Source: Ostrea edulis
Taxonomy: Eukaryota
Assembly (NCBI RefSeq): GCF_947568905.1
Contig: NC_079170.1
Coordinates: 27,094,001-27,158,000, forward strand
Length of the DNA stretch: 64,000 nt
Direction of reading: 5' to 3'
This document shows, one piece after another, positions 50,180 through 61,690 of this stretch. Position numbers and translations under genes: made by a program. How positions within the stretch are numbered: the first letter of the stretch is position 1; each line of letters starts with the position of its first letter. A model generated the notes under the pieces. That model did no database searches. It was not told the origin of the DNA and saw only the letters and a list, made by a program, of their open reading frames with translations.

Positions 50180-51530
50180 TACTTTAGTACTTTACAAGAA
50201 ATAATAATCAATCAATCTTTATGCTTTGAAATCTGCATTTGATCCGAAACTTCACAAACACTTTTAAAGAGGTCTATCCAGTAAATGATTTACTTAACCC
50301 CTATGTTTGTTCCTTGGAGATATATAAACGGCTCTGAATGAGATACTTCAAACGTATTATATCACAACATATGCGAGAAGTGATGCGAATCCAATGTGGA
50401 TTCTCTAACATTCCAAAGAACCTTTCAAAACTCTTAAATCACAAACTTTTCCCTAAAGAAGAGCATCAAAACGGATGATGTTCAACACTTTACACGACCA
50501 TTCCCCACAATGAATTAAAGACTAGCTTTTTAACATCTTAAATAGCTGCTCTTTCGATAAAAGTGGAACACCTAAATGTTAATATGTTGTGAGATTCTTT
50601 AACAAATTTCTTTCTTTGACATAATTTTCATTCTACATGTCAGTGCTCTCAAGTTGATATAAAAATGAGGCAGGAGTTCTTCATTGACAATATCAACAAA
50701 TTATTTAGAGATCAAGTCTTTAAACAGTCCTTTGAAATTTCCAATGGCACGAATTGTGCTCATTTATTAGCCGAATTATTTTAACATTCCTATGAGACAG
50801 AATTCATTCAAAATCTTCTACACGAGAAGAAAAAATATCTTGTTGTTGTCTGGTGTGTTTAGATATATCGATGTTTTATCTATTGACAATGTCTATTTTT
50901 ATTAATATGTTGATTTCATATATCCATATGGACTCGAAATAAAAGACACCAAAGAGTATTTTCCATACCCAATTCATATTTTGATATCTCATTGAGCACA
51001 GATGTTCACGACAACTGACAACTCAACTTTATGTTGAATTCAGCTTTTCCATCGCCAACTTTGAATATTTATGTAACAATACTCCATTATCACCTGCATA
51101 TGGTGTTTATGTCTCTCAACTGATTTAATACGCGAGAACATGTTCTGTATATAATGAATGTTTAATCAAGGCAAGCTAAATAAGCTAAAGTTAGAGGGGT
51201 TTCAAAAGTCTCGGGTGTTGTCAGAATTTTGCAAATTAATACTCTAATTTGCAAATACAACCTGTCATTAGTTCGAATGCTGGCTGACGTATCCCATACC
51301 AATTGTTTGACTGCTCTTAGTATACTCATTTTGACTGCGGATTACTCCGTTTACATGATTAAGATGTAGGGCTCACGGCGAATGTGACCGGAAAGGGGAT
51401 GATTACTCCGCTTAGGCACCTTATCTCATCTCTGGAGTGTACAGGGATTCGTATTTCCCCTATTTTTTGTATTTTCCCTATTCTTCATTTTGTACTCTTC
51501 ATGGGCTATTTGAGATTGATCACTGTTCAT
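50180..51530 (+). mobile_element. Decayed Naiad-type RT plus pseudo-LTR in the intron of gene B
   Basis: Paralog of 24880-26130. Confidence 0.75.
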
Positions 51531-51670
51531 AATCTTAATAATTATAATAATAATCTTTATTTATAATCTTCGCTCTTCATTACTCATGCGCTATATATTC
51601 AGTGGCTATTTTATCTTCATTTTTTTTATTCCTTCAATTACAAAAGTAACAAGATTGTAATCATACTAAC

Positions 51671-51722
51671 GACAACCAGAAACGAATCCCAGTACAGCAA
51701 GAAAAAGAACACACTTCATCAT
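51671..51722 (-). CDS. C1qDC gene B, signal-peptide exon (MMKCVLFLAVLGFVSGC + 1 nt)
   Basis: Acceptor TTTTTCAG upstream, donor C|GTTAGT at 51670. Confidence 0.88.
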
Positions 51723-52422
51723 GTTTCTTCTGAAAAACATATATTAAATAATTTACATATTTCTCTGATATGAGAGCCAACATTTGCAATATCTTCAGAT
51801 CAGTTCACATTTTTATAAACGCAGTCAAAATGTTGAAAGTGTTAAATTAGATGTTAGGATCTCTATTGTCTCGTTTGCATTCGTCAAACTTATTTTCGAA
51901 TCAATCATCATTATGATTCACATATTACTAATCTCCAAAAATAACCAATATATCATATCTTACAAAATATATCATATTGTACACAAAATCATAATATTGT
52001 AATTCATACCCAGTTGACGTACTCTTATTTATCATATTTTCACAAATACTTCTCAAATGCTTTCTTTATTGTCTACCAATTACACACAAAAATACACAAA
52101 ATTACTAACTTATGCATATATTATCTATTTTACTGCGTTTATCAGAATTTCATTTTAAAATCATCAATGAATTGTGTACGCTGTTTGCAACATGTTATAT
52201 AGTATACAATGAAGGGTATCTTGTAGGGGAGAAAATGGGTTAGAGGAATATGATGCTGAGATGAAAGTAATTAGATTCTTCTGAAAATCATTTTATCACA
52301 GAAAGGAAGTCTCTCCTGTCGAATAAATGACATCTTTTATAAATGTTAATAACTTCGTTTCCATGGAAACAACCCCTGAACATAACAATATTATGTAAAA
52401 CTTACACGGTACCAATTTTGAT

Positions 52423-52466
52423 GCACCAGATGCGCATTTCGACAAATAATGTCTCTTCAGTGATGA
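52423..52466 (-). ncRNA. Type I hammerhead ribozyme (family A), site at 52429
   Basis: Core intact; outermost stem I pair mismatched. Confidence 0.85.
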
Positions 52467-52775
52467 TCATCCGAAATGTTTGAAATCCGAAATAATAATG
52501 AAGTTTTAGAGCTATTATAGCCAAAAACAGCGTACCAAAAAATGTGGCGTCAAATTCGTTTAAGGATAAGAGCTATGCTTGAGCGAGATAATCCTTAATT
52601 TTGAAAAATGAATTTCAAAATTTTATAACAACAATTATATATACATCTGTATTTTCAAGCTAGTAACGAAGTACTTAGCTACTGGGCTGTAGAGACCCTC
52701 GGGGACTAACAGTCCACCAGCAGAGGCCTCGACCCAGGGGTCATAATGTAAAACTTATATGGTACCAATTTGGAT

Positions 52776-52819
52776 GCACCAGATGCGCATATCGACAAAT
52801 AATGTCTCTTCAGTGATGC
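52776..52819 (-). ncRNA. Hammerhead motif with core mutation GAAA>GAUA (probably inactive)
   Basis: A at 52791 changes conserved A14 to U. Confidence 0.75.
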
Positions 52820-53819
52820 TCATCCGAAATGTTTGAAATCCGAAAAAACAATGAAGTTTTAGAGCTATTATAGCCAAAAACAACGTGCCAAAAAAGTGGA
52901 ATCAAATTCGTCAAAGGATAAGACCTATGTATGAGGGAGATAATCCTTAATTTTGAAATAAATTTCTAAATTTTATAACAACAATGAAATATACATCCGT
53001 ATTTTCAAGCTAGTAACGAAGTACTTAGCTACTGGACTGTAGATAGTTATACCATAATTAAACATTCCACCATCCATTTATTGGATATGTACAATCATGT
53101 TAATGTGCATGATTATGCATAACTGAATTTTGTGGCTTTCCTTGAATATTTTTGTCTGCTATTATGAAATTTTATTGTTTGTCGTTTGGAATTACAAACA
53201 TTATTGATAAAAACTAAGTCATCAATTTCATTTAAATCTGCATTATTATACATTTTATGAAGATGAGAAGCATTTTCTATTTCTAGGTTGTTTGTGTTAC
53301 AGGGAGATAACAACAATGGAAACATGGCGGATTCGCTAAGTCACTAACACTCGTGTTATTATATTCATAGTACAAAAACACATTCCTTCCAAAAGAAAGT
53401 GCACAGTGCCTATCACGTGTATTTTATCATATAATCCTTCATATCAAAGGTAACAACATTGTTCATAGTATTCATCATATTAGTTGTTCAAACAAACTTT
53501 TATGAAACTCAATTTTGCACTTGTCTTTTCGTGAGTTTAAATAAACTAACAGAAAATGATAGAAAAACATTGAACTTACCTACTGTGTATTAAGCCTCTG
53601 AATGAAAGATCGATTTGTCGTGGGCACGTATGTTTTGTTTATATACAGACAGTTTTGTGTTGTCGTGTGTATTGTTTTCATTTTAATTGCCTAAATTCCT
53701 ATATAATTGACGCCAATTACATGGAAGACTTTTTCCTTCCTATCCAGGCAGATTTCAGAGCAATAAAATATTTTTGTAGCATTAACTTCAACCTACCAAG
53801 GATATAGAACACACATTAA

Positions 53820-54720
53820 AAACAAGAGGCTCTCAGGCCTCATCGGTCACCTGAGTATTGATTAAAAATATCACTAGACCAAATAGCTGTGAACTCTATG
53901 ATGATTTTCCTGTTCTGCATATCTAAGGTAAATTCTAATATTCAACAGTAAAATAAAACAAGACATGTTATTAAAACACAAATGCCCCAAATGTCCCCAT
54001 ATACATGAACAACTTTACATATTATGATATATCATATATGTCCAAAGTACATGTCTATTTTAATTCGGACCCGTGTAAGAGTTAAAATCCAGTTATTACG
54101 AAAATCATTTTTCAGACACCTCATTTTCAGTCTTTTCGGAATATGAATTAAAATTTTATACAATATAAGCAACATTAAAGAAGAGGTTTTCGCAATGACG
54201 AAAATAATAATCATTGTCATAACTTTGTTCTACCTCTGGGATCATGAAATTTACAATGTTAGGAAAGGCTAAAAGGGGCACCTGCTTATTCTAATGTCCT
54301 TTTTTTCAATACAGTATCAATAGCATTAAAGAGGATGTTGTTTTAATGTTTTACTCATAAACACTACATACCAATATATTATCAACAGCATTAAAGAATA
54401 TATTGTTTAAAGTTTATTTTCACACATACGAAGTTTGGTTCTGCCCTGAGGTAAGAATCTCTACTCAGGTGATCACCAAACTTACAATTTTGGTCGAGAC
54501 CTCCTTACTCAAAATGACGACGCATTTATAGTGGACATATCCGGTTGTAGAGAAGAAGAATGAAAATTTGTTAAAATTTTGGCAGATTTTGCCCCGCTCC
54601 TAATATCTGGGGGATCCTTAGATTTTCTGCTTTTCTCACAATTGTCCCAAAAATGCTTCATACGAAAAAAAAAAAACGATTAATGAAAAGGCAAGTAAAA
54701 TGCTTATTCATCGAAATACA
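53820..54720 (+). mobile_element. Helentron/HINE-like non-autonomous remnant
   Basis: Starts AACAAGAGGCTCTCAGGCCTCATCGGTCACCTGAGT, with degenerate GATCATGAAATTTACAAT / TTTGCCCCGC units as in oyster Helentron satellites (recognised from memory). Confidence 0.55.
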
Positions 54721-57700
54721 TATTGTAAACATTTTCTATCACCAATTTGTTTATGTGATAAACTCATATTTGATATTCTCTTGTTTGATAATGTGTATTT
54801 TTGAAAACATCGATGATGAAATAGAATATATTTACCACCAAACACCAAAACACTATGAGAATAAACGAGATATTAGATGTATCGAAATAATTGCCTAAAA
54901 TACTCTACTTACAAATCGCCTTTGCGTTCAGCGGTGTACATCACTCGACCACCTTGCTTACAAAACCCATGGGGATTTAAGTCATGCATGATATAACGTC
55001 TTCAATGTAAAAGACTTGGAATATTTGTTTTTTAAATGTCTATCATTTTGTATCAGAGTTTTACATCTTTCATCTATATAGCATCCATAAGTCAAATAAC
55101 GTCATTACGTACTGCTAAATGACTCTATACAAAACAATGTTGCTGTTTTGTGTTTTGTTTTTTGGTGGGGGTTTTTTTTTTTGAAACACGGAAAAAGATC
55201 ATTTTTACTCTGTCAATAACTGTAACCGTAACAGAGTTGAGGAAAGAATTTCCTTATTGATAAAAAATGTATAATATTGTTTTATAATACTGATCTTTAT
55301 ATACTTCTATTTGAAATTAAATATACGCTTGTTCGCTTGATTTACGCCTGCATTATTAAAGGTAATAAAGTTGCGCCTCATATATCGACAGTTTTCTAAA
55401 CAACAAATGTGTATGAAAAAAAAATTATTTGTAACATTTATTCAACTATCACATTTTATATCAAATTGATATATCATATATTCATTTACATACATATACA
55501 CATCTCCATACATAAACATACATGTACATATATACACCAACACACCCATAGAAGATTTGTACACGCGTTAATGTGAACGTCGTTTTTAATATAGAAGAAA
55601 AAAGAACAGAAAAAAGAAGAAAGGTGTATCAAAATATTACTTGTTACAAGAAGACTCCCGTGAATCTTTGGAACAAAATAACTATAAGCATTGCATTACA
55701 GATGCAAAATTCCCCATGTTGATAAACTGCACAAAGTAGGTAGTTTTCAACCGAATTTTTCACACTTTTCGGGGAGAGGTTACATATAGGTTTCCTAAGT
55801 AAACAACCGTGCTAAAGAGCGCTTTTGGAAATAAAATCTTGCATATTTTTTAGTTCACCAGTAGAAATGATGTCGCCTCTCAGGCTGACAAAATCTCCAG
55901 CTCGGAGTTTTGTTTACTGTAACTAATGGAAATACTTACGGGGGAAAACTCTTTCAAGCTTCAAATTGGGGTACCTAATGGGGATTTAAAAAATAAAAAT
56001 GAGAAACGTATCTAAATGTTTATATATTTTCTGAACAAAATAATTCTGATACTGTCACCATTGTAAACATCTAAGTTTTGTTTTTCATTATCAAGTTTAT
56101 AGTAGGGAATAGTGTTATCAGGAAAAATAAATAAAATAAAAATAATAAATACATGCATTTTTGTCAATGCAGAAATGAATAATAAGGAGTAAAAATGCAT
56201 ATTTTTATCAATAAATTGATTTAAGATAAATAGATCAACGAATAAATAATAAATGGGAATAAATAATTAAATAGAAAAATACACAGAAATACACAGAAAG
56301 TCAGTGAAATATACAAGTATATATTCATGATAATTATTATATCTATGAAATATCCCTGCATATTTTATGTGAAATCTTATGAGAGTAAATCTTGCACACG
56401 CACATCTCTACTTTTTTTTTTCAAAAAGTAGATATTGTCACATTACACAATCTAAAATCACAATTATACAAAAAGATCAAATCATGTTTGATTTCTTTAA
56501 CTACATGTAAAACTAAAACTACTTGTATATATATACTAGTACTTATATCAATTGTTGTTGGTTTTTCTCTATCTTTTTTTTTTGAGACAGTATTATCTTA
56601 TATATCTGATGGTCAATTACCTGGATTGGATTTCATTGCATATATAATATGCAATAGGTTTGAGTACAAGTTCAGACAACTTAAGAGGTCCTCACTTTCT
56701 TTCTACGAGCTTTTTGTGATACGTCTTGCAATACCCTCATGATTTTGAATTCTGATGTGATTAACTCGAAAGGTATTATAGAACATCTGAAACCATGAAT
56801 AGACCATTATGAGGATTGTAACCTGATGGTCAAAATTTCCTAAAATTTACAATAAATCTATGATTAAAGAGGGCATCATTTTTTAAAGTCTAGTAAGGGT
56901 AGCTTTACCGAATTGTGTAAAATTCTTGAAAAGCAAAAATTAATAAATGTTAAATAGACACTAATAAAAAATACCACGTTGTGTTCACAAAACTTTCAAA
57001 ATATTAAATATTTCGGGGATGGGGATATAGCCATCTATATTTACCTTAAAACATTTTTTTGCCTAGGCTTCGATTTCCATTCCTAAATTTAGGGAGCTCG
57101 TTCATATATCAAAAATACATTGAGTCAATATTCATAATTTTAATCTTACATTTGTCAGTTGTCAGTTGAGGGGGGGGGTGTTCATTTTTTATTCGCTTTC
57201 CATTATTTAAATACATACAATGTTACTAGTAGTTATTTTTAAATGCAACATTAGTTATATAGGTAAATTTACACCCTCCACTTTTTTTTTTATAAAAGTA
57301 ATGAATAGTAAGAATGTAAGCTTGAACTGATGGATTGAAACCATGTCGTGAAAGTGGAAAGCTACCACTCCTCCTCCAACCTAACACCCTCAGTCTCATG
57401 CTCAACTATCTTCGAAGAAACACTGGACCAATTGCAATCAATTTTTTTCACAAATCATCATTGAGTAAAGGACATTTATGTTTATTCAATCCAGGTACCC
57501 ATGATGTAGGGTGGGGCCACAATTACAATGTACATACAGCTATTACAGTGCTGTATAAAAAAAAACCTGTAGTTTGTTATTATACCGATGTCCTTTCTAC
57601 GTATTTAATTATTCATAAGGGTTGTTTTAAATTGTTTTCTAAGTTATTAGGGTAATCATATCATTACATTAGGAGCTATATACTAATAATAATAATTACG

Positions 57701-57948
57701 CATTTTAATTGTAATACTATGAATATTTTATTCACATGTATGTACACATCGATTTCATATTATCTCCTTCTTTCACATTTGTAAAGCGCTTTAGAGAACT
57801 AATGTTGATAGGGCGCTATATAAATCTTTTAATTACAGAGTTTTATATGGGACTATACATGAAATGAAATTCTTCTCTAGAGTAACAGGGCCACACTAAA
57901 AGAAATCCCAATGCAAATATTCCCATGTTGTGTGGATAAAAGAAAATT

Positions 57949-58460
57949 AAGCTCCCGCGACAATGGTCAGAGCATATTATTTTGTCCTGTCTGTAAGTAT
58001 GTCTCAACCTTTAACCGTGATATTGCTCATAACTTTTGAATAGTGTTTGATAGAGCTTTCATATTTCATATCCATATTCCTTAATTATTTTTGCGCCAAA
58101 GCGTTTAACCTTTTGATCTTGGCCTTGAATTGTTGAGGAGTTTAACTTACTTTTAAGAAAACGTAACCTATCTTACCTCATGAACTATATAAGATAGTGC
58201 TTTCACAATTTGTATATAAATTACCTTTAGTAGAGCTTTACATTTTATGCATGATATTTAACCTTGTGAACTTGACCTTGGGGTATGACCTTGGAGTATG
58301 ATTTTTAAAGTTTCTAACCTTGTGACCCTAACCTTGGAGTTTGAACCACTCTTAAGAAAACCTAACCTGTCAAATATGTCATGAACCTTAATAACACACT
58401 ATGTATATATAAATTCTATATGGTAAAGCCGTTTATTTATTATTATGATGTTTGACCTTG
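57949..58460 (+). mobile_element. Helentron-like remnant with TGACCTTG motif array
   Basis: AGCTCCCGCGAC...GCATATT start and repeated TGACCTTG/TAACCTTG. Confidence 0.5.
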
Positions 58461-58474
58461 TTCATATATTTGTT

Positions 58475-58640
58475 TGAAGTCCCTTCGAGAATTTTTCACT
58501 CAATGAGACGTCACCAACTGTAGGTTTGTAACTATGCTTTATAAGCGCTCAGGGCCGTACCAGTGTGGGTTCTTTAATGTGCCAACGCCTGCCACGACAC
58601 GGGACCTCCATTTTTAAGGTCATATCCGGAAAAACGCAAT
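58475..58640 (-). mobile_element. Meta-type SINE fragment
   Basis: GAGACGTCACC...GTGCCAACGCCTGCCACGACACGGGACCTCCATTTTTAAGGTCATATCCG as in 41366-41704. Confidence 0.7.
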
Positions 58641-59624
58641 ACTCGCTTTTAAGGTGACTCACTACACCCAGAAATAGTTTCTCAAATCAGTACGAATTGA
58701 TTTAATTATAAAAGATATGATGATATAAAATAAGTATATATGCTAAAAGCTGCATCACTGGCAAATTGGCCACTTATTTCGATCTCAAACAAAACCTCAA
58801 TACTGAAAAGTATTTATTTTTGAAAAATTATGAACAACGAAAGATAATATGCAAAGAACATGACCCACAATATGCCATTTTTGGCCTACCAAATTTGGAA
58901 AAATTAAAGAACACTTTAGAATAAATCTAAGATTATATTTTTTATCCTTAACATGAGCCAAGTTGTATTGCGCAATCGTTTCCTCACACCGGATGTTTAA
59001 AGCACTCACGTAAATGCCCAAACCTACCGCAGTTTCACGTTTTCCGGGAAAATCACATAAATTTGCCAACTTCAGTCTATAAATTCACATGGGTCGCATT
59101 ACTCACGACTCAATTTTGTAAACTATAATTAAAATGCAAAGTTAGATTAACATTTTCTATTTAAAAAATTAACTCGTAATCAATGCGGCCATGTCGAAAA
59201 AAAAAATAATAACAAGAGTGTCGTCTGGAAACGTCAGATTCCAAGGAAGTCAATACATACATCTAACGCAGTTGATACGACTCAAAAAGAAACAGCAAAG
59301 AGGTGAGTTTTTAAGTTGTTATATATTTTTTTGAAATAAGAAATTAATATCTAAACGAGTAAATATGAGAGTCATGGCCTATGGTAAAAATGTACAGGGG
59401 AGGGGAGGGGGGGGGTTACACCTATCGTGTATGTTTGATTCCGAAGTCCGTTCCGATGGCTTTAAAAGTACCAATTTCCCTACCTTTTGTTACTTTAGAA
59501 ATGATATTGTTCGAAACAGAATGAATGTTCGAATCAAACGTACAGTACAAACTTATACGGCCATACGGAATACCCTAGTTAGAATAATCTAACTGTGTCT
59601 CGGGACAGGCCCTCACCACAATCG

Positions 59625-59668
<44 letters not shown>

Positions 59669-60654
59669 GAATACCCCAGTAAACATTTCAAATACAGGGG
59701 CCCAGCATGTACACATGAATTACGCATGGAGGTGTGCGATATATATTCAGACAGTATGTTCTATTGTATGAATTTGTCCATTGGTTCTCACAATTTTTAT
59801 AAATTTTGTACGTTTAATTATTATAGGCTACAGTTCAAAGTTTCTTATAAAATATGAAGTCTGTCAATCGTAAGTTCTGTAAAGTTGTAGCAACTTGTTA
59901 CACTAACAAATGTCGCATATTATGGCAATGTCAAACACAGATGTTAGCTTTATCTATTTTACATTTTTACTTGAGAATTTGAACGCACAATATTCATACA
60001 TCGAACGGAGCATAAACAATTATTGGTTTGTTTTCAATTTCAACTATTTAAGTTCGTAAATTCATAAGTCCCTTGTATATACGTGGAAAGAAACCTACAA
60101 AAACACACAGAAAGTTTGTTTTTAATGAAGTAGGTCAATTTAAATACATATCAAAGTATATCTTGTTAAATAATATTTGACATAACTTGTGTTGAAATGT
60201 AGAGTATTCACTTAATTATATTTACTTTTTTTTCGATTGAAGGGCAATAACTCTAAATGGAAAACATAGTTTACTAGTGGTGGATCCTAGTTTTTTTTTT
60301 CTCTTTCGTTTTGTTTTATATATACACACGTATATCAAACGCTTTAATTGATTTTAGAATTTTTATTTTGTGCTATAGACAAAATTGATATTGAAAAGAT
60401 ATGTTTTAAATGTTAGGAAAAAACCCAATCTATAAAGGTGAAACAGCAAACCCCCCACCCCCCGAAAATGTATTACAATACTACTGATAATTTTTCTATT
60501 ATTTATATTATTTCATGTATGGAGATGTGCATGGTTTTTGCACCAGTTTTCTTTTTGGATTAGGAAAATGGTTTATTTTTTCCTTAAAAAAGGACTTTGG
60601 AAGGGTCCATTAAACAGACCCAGGTTGGGAGATTTCAGGCTCTCATGGACTTAA

Positions 60655-60748
60655 TTTCCGTGGAAACGAGGGGGTTATTTATATTCGGTCTTTCCTACCC
60701 CGGGATAGGAAAGACCGAATATAAATAACTTCCTCGTTTCCACAGAAA
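60655..60748. repeat. 94-bp near-perfect palindrome
   Basis: GTGGAAACGAGG-GG-GTTATTTATATTCGGTCTTTCCTA mirrored by TAGGAAAGACCGAATATAAATAAC-TT-CCTCGTTTCCAC. Confidence 0.9.
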
Positions 60749-61078
60749 TGTACATGGACTACATAATAGAAAAAAATTAACCATGTAATATACATTGTTG
60801 TAAACCCCATACCCCCTCTATATTTCACACTGACATTAATCAACAAAACATTTGAAGATACACATTTTCAGTTTATTAGTGGGGAAAAAAATAATTCCAA
60901 ATTTTTGAATACAATTTATTAATTGATTCACCAAGCATTAATTAACAAGTTAATTGATTTATAATTAGATTTTAGGAAAAATAACCTAGGCTAATGGGTT
61001 TTAACATGAAGATAAGATTTTCATCCAACCCAAATTTTATAATTTCAATTACATGTATATGACATAAATATTTCAGAT

Positions 61079-61690
61079 ATGCCAAGGAGTGGTCCCAAAT
61101 TCTTTCTCTGTTTCAACTGTTCATGGAGAGTAAAACCAAAACACAGATCCAGGATTTCAAAGAAATATAGGACAGTGATCACCACTCTGATAGGGAGGGC
61201 ACCATCGACATCTAATCATGATTTTCTGTGCAATAGATGCCAGAGTGTGTGTGTTGCTCCCATATTAAACAGAAGAATATCAAGTCGGTTAGGCCACATA
61301 TTCAAGACAGTCCAGCACCACCACCACCAGCAGCAGCAGTTCTTCCAATTAGTCCCCCTTCTGTATTACTCCCATTCCCATGTACATCAAGAGGACACAC
61401 TTCATGCTGTATCTGCGAGTGACCAGGTCCGAAGTTAGTTGTAGTCCCAGTAGGAGTAAGGCATGAAATCTTCATTTCAAAAGAGGCCATCATTCCTGCC
61501 GGGGCTCGCTTCTGTACAAATCACCTACAACAAGACATAGAAGAACTTCAACCTATTGCTGACAACACCATGTTCAACAAAACAGGAGTGACATAATTAA
61601 TCAATCAAGTTTTTGAGAGCTGAAGTTTTGAGAAAAGAGAAAATAAGGTTGGATTTTGACAACAGTGAAAGTCTAACAGTGAGCATCAGC
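61079..61690 (+). pseudogene. N-terminal fragment of a Cys-rich transposase (ISL2EU/Harbinger, DDE_Tnp_4-type)
   Basis: CFNC...CNRC, then (frameshift at a GT run) CCIC.*PGPKL..VP...IIPAGARFCTNHL...RLDFDNSESL; family from memory; DDE core absent. Confidence 0.5.

Larger units (their letters stand above)
40510..52390. repeat. Segmental duplication, copy 2 (includes a 5.9-kb copy-specific insertion)
   Basis: Colinear with 16890-26950; boundaries approximate. Confidence 0.9.
52393..53043 (-). mobile_element. Retrozyme-like tandem repeat (~1.8 units, two hammerhead motifs 353 nt apart)
   Basis: Reverse complement of the family A unit; same 3' end. Confidence 0.85.

Noticed and set aside
58645-59310. 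Possible Kolobok 5' end (TTAAGGTGACTCAC, also at 8766; MSKK...RFQGSQY at ~59190)
   Set aside because: No matching inverted end or catalytic domain found; too weak to call
61302-61493. Gly/Ala-rich minus-strand ORF and poly-His/Gln in ORF 61079..61438
   Set aside because: Off-frame readings of the Pro-rich linker in the frameshifted transposase relic
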